A stretch of 61,450 bases of DNA from a virus. Taxonomy: Duplodnaviria; Caudoviricetes. Position numbers and translations under genes: made by a program. A model generated the notes under the pieces. That model was given only the letters and a program-made list of their open reading frames with translations. It searched no databases and was not told where the DNA came from. Position 1 is the first letter of the stretch. Each line of letters begins with the position of its first letter. The stretch spans positions 1 to 61,450 of IMG/VR virus record IMGVR_UViG_3300028767_000022. One strand, 5' to 3'. Positions 40,756 to 50,040 of the stretch are shown piece by piece.

Positions 40756-41505
40756 TTAATCGTTACTTGGCAAAAACACTTTATCCCAATAGGTAGTTAT
40801 CTCATTTTCCGTGTTGGAATCTGCGATTACTATTTTCTGTCCTCTTAAGTGTGGCGCTCTTGCTTCTCTAACTGAATTTACTCCTCCTTCAAACGAAATT
40901 AAAGTCTCGTTTGTTTTTCTGTATACATATCCGACTGCGTCTGCTTCTCCGCAAACTATGTCTCCAAGTTTTCCCACTAAATCTATTTGCATTTCTGACA
41001 ATTCTTGTCCGTCTTTCGTTATTAGCGTATCTTTCGTATGCCCAATCAAAATAAAATGATCGGTCAAATTTCTGAATTCGTCTATTATCGTCTTAACGGC
41101 TTCTCTTAAGTAAAGATAACCTGCACCTTTTTCTAATGTTCTCACATCAGTTCCAGTCCAGTTCTTCGCTATAGGATTTTGTTTGTATAAACTAGCGGCA
41201 TATGGCAAGCACATGTCTTCTAATCTGGTAGCATTGTCTATTGCTATATATTTATATGGTTTAGTTCCTGTTTCCACAATTTTTGCTTTGATTGCCTTCA
41301 CAATTTCGCCCAAATCTGCGACGCTTCTAGCCTGAACGGCCATTGCTTCTAGAAATTCCGATCCTCCCTCTAAATCTACGATTAAGCAGTTATCTAGGGT
41401 TGACAATAATGTTGTTTTTCCAGTTTTTGGCTTTCCAAACAAAATTAAGAATCGCGGGTTTAATACTTTAGGTATACTTTTTATTGTAGGTAATTGTATG
41501 CTCAT
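40756..41505 (-). CDS. AAA_24 / Sak4-like NTP-binding recombination protein
   Basis: GKPKTGKTT, VDLEGG, IAIDN, ILIGH motifs; adjacent to SSB. Confidence 0.8.
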   Translation of the reverse strand: MSIQLPTIKSIPKVLNPRFLILFGKPKTGKTTLLSTLDNCLIVDLEGGSEFLEAMAVQARSVADLGEIVKAIKAKIVETGTKPYKYIAIDNATRLEDMCLPYAASLYKQNPIAKNWTGTDVRTLEKGAGYLYLREAVKTIIDEFRNLTDHFILIGHTKDTLITKDGQELSEMQIDLVGKLGDIVCGEADAVGYVYRKTNETLISFEGGVNSVREARAPHLRGQKIVIADSNTENEITTYWDKVFLPSND

Positions 41506-41541
41506 GTGTTATTTGTTTAAATAACACGAAGATATATTTTT

Positions 41542-41565
41542 TCTGATAAAATTTGAAATTATTTG
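41542..41565. promoter_or_regulatory. Repeated 24-bp intergenic motif, copy 1
   Basis: TCTGATAAAATTTGAAATTATTTG; 21/24 identical to 43757-43780. Confidence 0.55.
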
Positions 41566-41600
41566 ATATTGTCTGAAACCTTCATGTCATAATATTACTA

Positions 41601-42182
41601 TTAGAACGCTGATTTAATCGTAACTACGATAGTTTTAATTGTTTCCAATTGATAACTAGTGTATCTACTGAACGTTTCAGGTTTTGCATAGCGTGGAATA
41701 ATCGTGTATCCAACTTTAATGAAATTATCGTAAATTTCAACTAAATTACCGGCTACATACACATAGTTTGCTGGCATGTTGCTTTTGAAACAACTGCAGC
41801 CACTTGAGTATGTTCTGATATATGGATTGTATGATTGTTTTGGCTTGCGAGCTTCAGCGAATGCTTCCAGCTTGTCCATTACTGTGTTCCACTCATTTTT
41901 GAGATCGTGCACAGGAACGTTACCTTGCAGGAAGTTATTGTTTTTAACCCAATTGACGTCGAATGATTTTGAGGTGCCAAACGTAATAGTGTGGCCCGGT
42001 TTTGCATAGTTGATTCCTTTAATCTCTACACCACCTGTGGTATAAAACGGAGCATCCAATCCAGCAACTGTTAATTGTGGATATTTTTCGATCAATTTAT
42101 TGACCAATGCTTGTTTGTAAATAAGATAAGGATCTACGTTTGCTTTCGGAATTGTTACCGCAAAAGATTTATTATATGTCAT
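41601..42182 (-). CDS. Hypothetical protein
   Basis: 193-aa ORF tightly packed after DnaB. Confidence 0.75.
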   Translation of the reverse strand: MTYNKSFAVTIPKANVDPYLIYKQALVNKLIEKYPQLTVAGLDAPFYTTGGVEIKGINYAKPGHTITFGTSKSFDVNWVKNNNFLQGNVPVHDLKNEWNTVMDKLEAFAEARKPKQSYNPYIRTYSSGCSCFKSNMPANYVYVAGNLVEIYDNFIKVGYTIIPRYAKPETFSRYTSYQLETIKTIVVTIKSAF

Positions 42183-42187
42183 GGTTT

Positions 42188-43177
42188 TTATTTTTTAAAT
42201 TCGAGTTGTTGTTGTGATTGTTGGGCTTTTTCCGAATCCTCATCCGGTTCTTTCAAATTGTTAAATTTAAGGTCATTGATAAATTTCAATATTCTTAAAT
42301 CTCCCTCTCTGTTTTTGAGAAAATGTAGATATACGCAATCCTTGACGGGGAGATTGTAAATGCCATACGACATCAAACCGAGTAGTTCAGGCCTGTGTAT
42401 TACAATTACGTAGTCGCTACCTTGGAAAACTGCATCACTAGACGATAAATCGCTTCGTTGAGGATAATGCATTCCCGAGTTGTTCAGCCTTTCGGGCCGT
42501 TCTATTTCTCTATTCATTTGAGAAATTTGTATTATAGAAGTCTTGCCAACTTTCTTTACTTCTATTAATGATTTTTCTAAATCCACTATTATCGCTCTTT
42601 CCGATTCTCCAGAAGACCCACGTATTAATAGTGTATGGTCTATTGTTACTACTAGCCATTTGTTTTTAGCTATAGTTGATTGGAAAAATTTGATTGTGTT
42701 TTCTATTTCCTGCACACTACCCGCAGAGTCCACATAATATATTGGATACTGGGTTATTTGCTGTGCTACCTTTTCAACGCCTGTGAAGTCTTCTTCGGTT
42801 ATTAGGCCTTTGTCTGAGGCGGAATATAATTCTGACGTTGTTTTCTTTAATTTATATGATATCTTTCTACCAACTTGGCGAGAGCTTAACATTTCAAAGG
42901 AAAATGATAGCATTACTACATCTTCTAGTGGATTTAAATCTATTAAATCAGTTTCAAGGGTATTTACAAAGGAAGATTTACCGGAGCCTGATATGCCCGC
43001 TACTGCGTAGATTGCATTTGGCTCGATTCCTCCCATTGCTAGTCGATTAAATTTAGACCATCTCGTTCTTAGTGATCTGACCTTATTCTCTCTTCTATCC
43101 TTTATGTACTTTACAATTTCATTGGTTGCAGAAGAGATATGTCTATAGTTCAGAACTTTAGTCGATTTCTGTTCCAT
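42188..43177 (-). CDS. dnaB: Replicative helicase, DnaB-like C-terminal domain only
   Basis: AGISGSGKS, FSFEM, TIDH, ISQMNR, P.RSDL, LKNREG. Confidence 0.9.
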   Translation of the reverse strand: MEQKSTKVLNYRHISSATNEIVKYIKDRRENKVRSLRTRWSKFNRLAMGGIEPNAIYAVAGISGSGKSSFVNTLETDLIDLNPLEDVVMLSFSFEMLSSRQVGRKISYKLKKTTSELYSASDKGLITEEDFTGVEKVAQQITQYPIYYVDSAGSVQEIENTIKFFQSTIAKNKWLVVTIDHTLLIRGSSGESERAIIVDLEKSLIEVKKVGKTSIIQISQMNREIERPERLNNSGMHYPQRSDLSSSDAVFQGSDYVIVIHRPELLGLMSYGIYNLPVKDCVYLHFLKNREGDLRILKFINDLKFNNLKEPDEDSEKAQQSQQQLEFKK

Positions 43178-43724
43178 ATATTTTCTCTGCTGTATGTTGG
43201 ACTTTTTTGTCCTTTAGAAACTCGTCATATAATAGCCACTCTTCTGCAAGTAGCCATTTAGACATTCGTTTCATATATCCCATCGACCCACTTGATTTTC
43301 GAGTTGTTAATTCGAATTTCAAACAGTCTAAAATGTGTTCGTGTTTTGTTTTACTTTTCCCCACGATCTTTTCGTAGGCTTTTCTGCATCTACTTACATC
43401 TCCTCTCAGATAGTCTTTCATTCCATCTGGTCTGCTTGTCGATATTGGATATGATTCGTAGAACTCGTCAAAGAAGTTCCTGGTTTTGAACTTATTCTCG
43501 AATTCCTCGGTTATCTTTAGACTCGATATGTCCATTTCGTTGTATACCGATTCTTTTGTTAGTATATTTTTGTCTATTAGATTTAAAATGTCTGAATCAA
43601 CTATATTTATTGTGTTTTGGTATGCACTAAAATTGATTTTTTCTACTATAAATTTAATAAGCATAAACTGATTTGTCGTTATTTTGAGGCGTTTGGCCTC
43701 GTCCAAATCTAGTTCTATCAGCAT
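43158..43724 (-). CDS. Putative replication initiator / helicase-associated protein
   Basis: FDEFYESYP and MSKWL...W motifs typical of phage initiator C-termini; overlaps the dnaB start. Confidence 0.55.
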   Translation of the reverse strand: MLIELDLDEAKRLKITTNQFMLIKFIVEKINFSAYQNTINIVDSDILNLIDKNILTKESVYNEMDISSLKITEEFENKFKTRNFFDEFYESYPISTSRPDGMKDYLRGDVSRCRKAYEKIVGKSKTKHEHILDCLKFELTTRKSSGSMGYMKRMSKWLLAEEWLLYDEFLKDKKVQHTAEKIYGTEID

Positions 43725-43756
43725 TTTCTTTTTACTTTAAAGTTTAAATTGATTGC

Positions 43757-43780
43757 TCTGATAAAATCTGATATGATTTG
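43757..43780. promoter_or_regulatory. Repeated 24-bp intergenic motif, copy 2
   Basis: TCTGATAAAATCTGATATGATTTG, 33 bp upstream of the initiator/dnaB genes. Confidence 0.55.
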
Positions 43781-43782
43781 TA

Positions 43783-44241
43783 TTATGCTGCCATTAGAAG
43801 CTCTTCTTCTGGCGGTGATTTGCTTAATAAAACATTATCAAATGCTTTCTGCATATCTGGTGAGATCCTACCTCCATAGTTATACATAAATGTGATAATG
43901 TTGTTTATATGCTCTGGTGTTAACGTAGCAACTAGTCTCGTTTTAGGAGTTTCTAATAATACTTCGTTTTCGTCATACATTGACGTCCAGTATAAACATT
44001 CTTCCGGTGGTAGGCCTTGATCAATTAAGATAGTAGCTTCTTCGGTAACCCATTTTTCAAGCGAGTCTTCGATTAGTCCTAAGTTAATTAATAATTGGCC
44101 AATTCGCTGATCTGGATTTTCCTTCCAGGACTTGCGAATAAACTCCGTATCAATTTCTAATACTGGAATTTTCCATTTTTTCTGTAATTCAGACCAATTT
44201 ACTTTTGCAAGAAAATCGTCTATTCTTTCTTTTGGTCTCAT
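43783..44241 (-). CDS. Hypothetical phage protein (RPxxRID...PDQRIGQL type)
   Basis: 152-aa ORF, A-rich leader, ends in LMAA. Confidence 0.75.
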   Translation of the reverse strand: MRPKERIDDFLAKVNWSELQKKWKIPVLEIDTEFIRKSWKENPDQRIGQLLINLGLIEDSLEKWVTEEATILIDQGLPPEECLYWTSMYDENEVLLETPKTRLVATLTPEHINNIITFMYNYGGRISPDMQKAFDNVLLSKSPPEEELLMAA

Positions 44242-44402
44242 AATTGTTAATTTTAATGAGGACTAGCGGTAGTCTTGGTAATTTTTGTCGGACCCATAGG
44301 CTGACCGTCTTTACCGCTAGTTTTTTGTTAAAGCGAGGGGATTGAACCACTCCTACTAATCTTTCTGTCACTGATTAATATTCTCCATTACTTCCTTTTT
44401 GT

Positions 44403-44831
44403 TTAATTTCCAAATTCAACTGAATTGTTGAAGTTTTCAAGTTGTTTTTCAATTGCCAGAATCATTACATCGATTTCCTGTACTTCGTTTGTCACAAATA
44501 CTGGAGATAAAATAACATTTTTACCTTTGGTTGGCATCATGTTAAGTTTGATTTTTTGTTCTTTTAATTGTTGCAGTGCGTAGATTGAAGGATAAATGCA
44601 TGTTGCAGGTACTTGACTCATTTCGGTGAATCCCATATTTGCGGCCTGTATTTCTACTTTTACGTCTACTAACTTTTTTGAATCACTAATGATTGCTTTG
44701 TACAATCCTTGGATATCGTAATTACGCGGCCCTGAGTCTGCTACGTTTTCAATGCGAATGCGATCCCAATTCTTTTTGATATTGGCAATTAATAATTCGC
44801 GTTCTGTAATAAGTGTTTTTGCTGTTTTCAT
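44403..44831 (-). CDS. Helical hypothetical protein
   Basis: 142-aa ORF with AAAAATCAATTTTATAACA-ATG leader. Confidence 0.75.
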   Translation of the reverse strand: MKTAKTLITERELLIANIKKNWDRIRIENVADSGPRNYDIQGLYKAIISDSKKLVDVKVEIQAANMGFTEMSQVPATCIYPSIYALQQLKEQKIKLNMMPTKGKNVILSPVFVTNEVQEIDVMILAIEKQLENFNNSVEFGN

Positions 44832-44932
44832 TGTTATAAAATTGATTTTTAATTGTTTGACTTTATGATAACTATTCAGCCTGGTACTTCTACCCCGTCA
44901 GTTCAATATCGGAATCACTTCCCTTATTGTAT

Positions 44933-44966
44933 CAAAAGAGGGCTTGCGTTTGACTTCAAGCCCTCT
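44933..44966 (-). terminator. Intrinsic terminator-like hairpin
   Basis: 10-bp stem AGAGGGCTTG/CAAGCCCTCT followed by a short U tract on the - strand. Confidence 0.5.
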
Positions 44967-45086
44967 CTGTATGTGTATTTAAATTTAAGAAACAAATCGG
45001 CATCCTTATGTAATTCGGAGTTACCCTACATAAAGAATATTCGTTTTCCGGAGTTACCCAACTTATATTTGTTTAATGTGTTCTTA

Positions 45087-45611
45087 TCATCCTTCGACCA
45101 CTCCAACAACTGTGTTGCGGTTATTCAAGAATGAAGCAAGTAAATCGGTGTTTAAATTTCCACCTCCCATAAATATTTGCATATTTTTTGGCATTGCTCT
45201 CTGCTCGATTACACGAATGTTCTCAACAACTTCTCTGTTACGAGATTTTGTATTTTGAAAGTTCGGTTGTGATTCTGTAAGGTGAGCCATATACAAGCTA
45301 GTTACAACTTGTTTGCGGTCATTAGTAGATACCAATGCGCCTATGGCTTCGCCACAAAGCCACTGAACGTAAGGTATTTCTCCTTTAGTTTTATGTGCGA
45401 GTAGTTTTGCAATAATAATATGCGAACATGATAGGAAGTCTATTTGATTCCCCGAACGTACAAACCAATCAATGAATGGTCCATACTTATTGAATACAAC
45501 TGTTCCGTCGTTTTTGATTTTGAATGCAGAACTATTTTCTAAGTAGATCTGAATCAATTCAGCAAAACGGTTTTTGTCGAATTCGTCAAAGATTAATTCT
45601 TCCGTATTCAT
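45087..45611 (-). CDS. Hypothetical protein with strong SD
   Basis: GAAAGGAGGCCGCC-ATG; 174 aa. Confidence 0.8.
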   Translation of the reverse strand: MNTEELIFDEFDKNRFAELIQIYLENSSAFKIKNDGTVVFNKYGPFIDWFVRSGNQIDFLSCSHIIIAKLLAHKTKGEIPYVQWLCGEAIGALVSTNDRKQVVTSLYMAHLTESQPNFQNTKSRNREVVENIRVIEQRAMPKNMQIFMGGGNLNTDLLASFLNNRNTVVGVVEG

Positions 45612-45634
45612 GGCGGCCTCCTTTCTGACTGAGA

Positions 45635-46108
45635 TTACTCTCCGTCAAAAGCTTCCACCGACCGGTCGTTTGCTGCGACGATATCCAAAATGGCATCTTT
45701 CTGCGCGGTCAAATCAGCGATAATCGCGTCAATGCGGGCAACTTCACTCAAGTTTAGTGCTTTTGTGATTTCGGTTGGAGTTGCAGCATTTCCGAAGAAA
45801 GTACGCTTCTTTTCCAAGTCGTAGCCAGTTGGTAACTCTTCAGCCTTCATAACCAGTTTTTCTGCCAAGCCGACTGATAATTCTGCCTGACCACCGTTAA
45901 TCACCACAACATCAATATTGCCGGACATTTGTTTATGCGCTACAGTATTAACTTTAATGTGTTTGATCGTGAAGCTATTAACCGGGATTTTAATCCGGAC
46001 TGCTTCGTCTTTTTTTGAGTCTTCCCGGTCTACAGGAACGACTTCGATTACGTGAAGGTGACCGCCAAGGGTGCTTCCGTAAAGTTTTAATGCTTCTTTA
46101 ATTTTCAT
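45635..46108 (-). CDS. Hypothetical protein with strong SD
   Basis: TAAGGAGGAAAAA-ATG; 157 aa; first gene downstream of the 2-kb non-coding region. Confidence 0.85.
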   Translation of the reverse strand: MKIKEALKLYGSTLGGHLHVIEVVPVDREDSKKDEAVRIKIPVNSFTIKHIKVNTVAHKQMSGNIDVVVINGGQAELSVGLAEKLVMKAEELPTGYDLEKKRTFFGNAATPTEITKALNLSEVARIDAIIADLTAQKDAILDIVAANDRSVEAFDGE

Positions 46109-46139
46109 TTTTTCCTCCTTATTTTTGATAATAAATTTA

Positions 46140-48180
46140 ATTTTTTGATAAACACTGGAATTTTTCCTACTTGGTTGGAATGTCCTGCCTAAGCATACTT
46201 AACTCGATCCAACTATACATTTTAAAGAATTCTTCGGATAAGATTTGAAATAATTAATCCTACGTTTTCACACGCTACTCCGGTTTCCAATCTTGTACTA
46301 GGGAGTTGTTAGGATTTTCTGAAAGAAAAACGACTAATTTACGATTAATCTATGGGTTTTGCGCCCACTGCAGTTATTAGTTCGAAATGGTGCCCGTGAA
46401 GGCTATTTAGAGGCGTTTTAAGACACTTTTAGGTACTCTCTGGCAGATTGTTCCCGCAGTTACGCAAGGTCTCTTAAATCGACTTAAAATATGGTTTGTG
46501 GTCATGTTGGGATTTGATCCCCTTCATGATATCCGGGTTTGAAATATTCAGCTTCTTGAACTATTTCTAAAATTTAATTGGAGTTATCCGCCCAATGAAT
46601 GGTATATGCTGCATATTGGCATGTGCATCAAATTAAATTTTATGTAACTAATCTGTGTTTGGTAGACTATATATTTTCTTGTAGTGAAGAAAATAGTAAA
46701 GAACATATGATTTTTTTGTTGCGATCCTCGTATTAGTTCCTATTAATTCATGTCAACGTAATGAGGTTGATTGTCTAAAAATGGTGTTCTAAAGATCCGT
46801 ATTGTGACAGTCCTCGAAAACTGTGCAACTCTGTTATAGTCTGAAATTGTTTGAAAGCGCATTTTCTCCTATCTAGTGACTACATATTATGTTCTCATAA
46901 GCAGGGGACCAACTTTTTCAAATTGGTAGAAAGCTCCAATTCTACCCAGTCGGCTTTGTGTACCCGGTTGGAATGGGCCTGTTCTGAGCCTTTTATCGTG
47001 GACTAAATCTACAACCAGTAACGCTATGTACTGGGTTTCTAGCCGTCAGAGGGGGAGTTACTAATCCTGTTTAGTTGTACAGGAATTCACCACCTTAATT
47101 TATATGGTTTTTGAGTGTTTGACCAATCCACTTTAATTTACAGTTATCTTCTGTCGTATTTAGCACTTAATTTGCCGCTACAGCGTTCTGCGTGACTGGC
47201 AGGCACTGACTTTCATGACCGTTGTTTGCCATGAATATACGAATTTGATCTTAATGTGGCGATATCGATCTAATGATATGAATTGCCCCACATCCGGGTG
47301 TAACGATATAATTCGGCCAATCGTCCTAAAAGCAATTTAATTTTTGCATAGATATTTCCGTATCTCGCCGGGTTCTTGGCAGCTACTACCTTTTGTAACG
47401 ATCCCTGCACTCTGCCAACCGAGTAAATCGAAGTGTTTTCTTTTGTGACCGATTTCACACATAACGGTCTGCATTGTTGCTGCTTTCACGAGTCAAATTG
47501 GCTCGGAGAGTCGCTAACTCTCAATGGATATCGCTGCTAATTAACTATCGGACTTTCACCCCATACATTACTAGCTGGTTTATATATTACATTGATAGTT
47601 AATTTTTTGTAACTTAGTGCTGCTTTTATTGCTGCGACAATAAATATTGCGGTTACTGAATTTACATACTTTGATCTTTCTCCATTTTTATCTGTTACGT
47701 ATCTGTAATGTTATTCTGTAAATTCTACCCATATTCCCTTAGGGCGTGGTCGACTGTTGTCAGAGGCAATCTCTCGACGGTTCTTTTTCTAGGCTACCGC
47801 TTTCCATAGGCACGCTAATGCGTTTGTTCCCCCCTCTATCTTTCAAGGGATCCGCGTGTTTTTAGGCTTTCGCCTTAGTTATCCATTTGGGTTCCAAAGC
47901 CCAAGCCGTCAACTCTACTTCTCTATATCGAACAGAAGCTTAAACCCTACGGAGCGTTTCTTTTAGGCGCTCACCCATAATCACTATTTCGCGTTTCTCC
48001 ATTTAAGGATCGAGGTGTTAGTGAACGTCTTCCCTCCAATTATTTAGTTCATCGTGTCTAATAGGCAGGTTTATCTTAGTCCGTTGTCGTTCTACTGCAC
48101 ACAACACCCTGTTGCACGCCTCAATCTTACGTATTCAGTCCTAACTTAGACTTTAATTGTTAATATTTTATTTAATAATC
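46140..48180 (-). ncRNA. Candidate large (~2 kb) structured non-coding RNA or RNA cluster
   Basis: No credible ORF over ~2.1 kb; many nested stems, GNRA and GUGAAA loops on the - strand, end-to-end complementarity. Confidence 0.6.
46405..46490. repeat. 86-bp helically phased quasi-palindromic element, copy in the non-coding region
   Basis: ATTTAGAGGCGTTTTAAGACACTTT...CTCTTAAATCGACTTAAAAT; see 24232-24317. Confidence 0.5.
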
Positions 48181-48206
48181 TCTGAAAATGCATGCTATCG
48201 GTTTAT

Positions 48207-48629
48207 TTAAATTGGCACATGCCCGACACCAATTTCCTCACTTATAAAGATTTCTGCAAGATTTCTTATTTCGAGAGGAACGTTATCTGCAGATACAATA
48301 TCTCCAGACGACAGGTCTAAGTAATCTGTGTCTATGTCAGCCATAGCGAGATCTACATATCCAGCCTTTAAATCCGATTCCGAGAAATAATCAATAGGCA
48401 AATGCCTTGTTTGATCATATCCGGGTAGTCCTTTCACAATACGTGAAATAATATCCCTTAACATTAGAATTTCAAATTCGATTTCCTGTGTGCTTTTCTT
48501 TAGACTCAGAGTTATGTATGGGTCTTTGACCAATGTTACATTTATTATCTCCGCTATTTGCACTTTAGCCTTTATTAGACTCTTAACTTTTGCTGATATT
48601 GCAATTGCTTTGCTTAATTTGTTATGCAT
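48207..48629 (-). CDS. Hypothetical protein
   Basis: 140-aa ORF in operon-like packing. Confidence 0.7.
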   Translation of the reverse strand: MHNKLSKAIAISAKVKSLIKAKVQIAEIINVTLVKDPYITLSLKKSTQEIEFEILMLRDIISRIVKGLPGYDQTRHLPIDYFSESDLKAGYVDLAMADIDTDYLDLSSGDIVSADNVPLEIRNLAEIFISEEIGVGHVPI

Positions 48630-48640
48630 AATGTCTTTTG

Positions 48641-49066
48641 TTAAATTGGGTTTACTTCAAATTTCGGATAGACGATTTGACGTACCGTTAAGTACACTTG
48701 ACGCGTAGGTATTGGTTTCATTTCGATCCATCTAAAGAAAGTTCTGGGTACTCCTGCATTTATTTTTGCGAAATGCGTCGCTGTTGTTTTTGTATTGTCA
48801 ATGTTCGTTATCACAACTTCTTGTAACATCGGACCTTGATATGCAAAATTGTTTGCATTAGGAGAAAGTTCGGTTATCTTATCATTAAGAAAATTTGCAT
48901 CTTCTTTTATGACTCCAACAATTGGCTTCAGTGAAATTTCTTTCACCTCTGTTATTGCATTCCAATCTGTCTCACTCATTGTTTTAGTGGTTTGAGATAT
49001 CTGCATTCCATATGCAAATCCTAAAACAAATATCATTATTGGTATAATGAATCGTTTCATAATCAA
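48641..49066 (-). CDS. Hypothetical protein with N-terminal membrane anchor/signal
   Basis: KRFIIPIMIFVLGFAYG; ATGA overlap with the upstream gene. Confidence 0.7.
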   Translation of the reverse strand: MIMKRFIIPIMIFVLGFAYGMQISQTTKTMSETDWNAITEVKEISLKPIVGVIKEDANFLNDKITELSPNANNFAYQGPMLQEVVITNIDNTKTTATHFAKINAGVPRTFFRWIEMKPIPTRQVYLTVRQIVYPKFEVNPI

Positions 49067-50040
49067 ATCACTGGATAACCTTTTTCCACATACGGCTTTC
49101 TTTCAAGGATTTTAGCACGTTTTGTAGGCGAACACATGTTCAAAATCGAGGTCAGGTGTTTCATTAATTTGTCTTCCTCTATTTTCTTCCCAACGGGAAT
49201 TCCAAGAATGGACTTAATAATGTCAACATTTCTGTCTATCTCGGCGTAAGCCTTAACATCTGACGGACCTTTTTCAAGGATCATGTCAATTGACATTCTT
49301 GTTGATTCATATTTTCCTGTAGCAACAGTATCCATAGCTTCTTCCAATGCGTTGTGCAGCAGAATGGCGATATCAATATCACTCCAAGTCGGTAAATGTT
49401 TTTGTACCTGATAAAAAGCCTTGATAGGGCCTTCATCGATTAAGTTCTCACGTAAACGTCCATACCATAACGGTAGGTTTTTGTGCACTCCCTTTAAGAG
49501 TTTAGACACTTTGATCCATGCCACGCCATCGGGATCTGTTGAGTTGGTTAACTTACGGAATAAGTCCACTGCAACCGGAATTTGAGCGACGAAATCCTTT
49601 TTGAGAATCTCGTTTAATTGCTCCACCATTGTTGATTCATCAGTAATTTCCGGGCTTGGATTAGCCGGCTTTTCTTCTGGTGCTTCTTCAACGACTTCTG
49701 CTACTTCAAAGTCCATTTCAGTTTGTCCTGGCATCAATGCTTTTGAGGCATCAAAGTTAGGCAATAAAACTTTAATCTCTGCCAAGGTAAACATGTTCAA
49801 ATCAATGCGTATGGTTGGCATTACTGTCTCCATATCATTCATAAGAATACTGTCTAACATGATATCAATTACATCAATTCTTTTACGAATCGATAACGCT
49901 TTTGTTGCTTGTCCAGAATGAACACATTCATATAATTTATCCTTCAACACTACCCGAAGCCCTAATAGCTCAGTTGGTGTCATCGTTGGGGTACTGGGTA
50001 CCCCTGCGGCCGCTGTCTTATTTGACGGCTCATTTTTCAT
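49063..50040 (-). CDS. Hypothetical protein with strong SD
   Basis: AAAAGGAGGTCAAA-ATG; 325 aa. Confidence 0.8.
   Translation of the reverse strand: MKNEPSNKTAAAGVPSTPTMTPTELLGLRVVLKDKLYECVHSGQATKALSIRKRIDVIDIMLDSILMNDMETVMPTIRIDLNMFTLAEIKVLLPNFDASKALMPGQTEMDFEVAEVVEEAPEEKPANPSPEITDESTMVEQLNEILKKDFVAQIPVAVDLFRKLTNSTDPDGVAWIKVSKLLKGVHKNLPLWYGRLRENLIDEGPIKAFYQVQKHLPTWSDIDIAILLHNALEEAMDTVATGKYESTRMSIDMILEKGPSDVKAYAEIDRNVDIIKSILGIPVGKKIEEDKLMKHLTSILNMCSPTKRAKILERKPYVEKGYPVI

Noticed and set aside
44325-44360. T-loop-like GGTTCAATCC on the - strand
   Set aside because: No acceptor stem or D-arm could be built around it
46660-46850. Group I intron core: UUUCAGACUA and AUAUAUAGUC on the - strand resemble the P7 strands
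   Set aside because: I could not find convincing P4/P6, P3 or interrupted exons; a covariance-model search is needed before making this call
46109-48206. CRISPR array, iteron array or DGR template repeat as the explanation for the long non-coding region
   Set aside because: No regularly spaced direct repeats seen, no reverse transcriptase or cas gene in the window, and no adenine-variant copy of a gene end noticed
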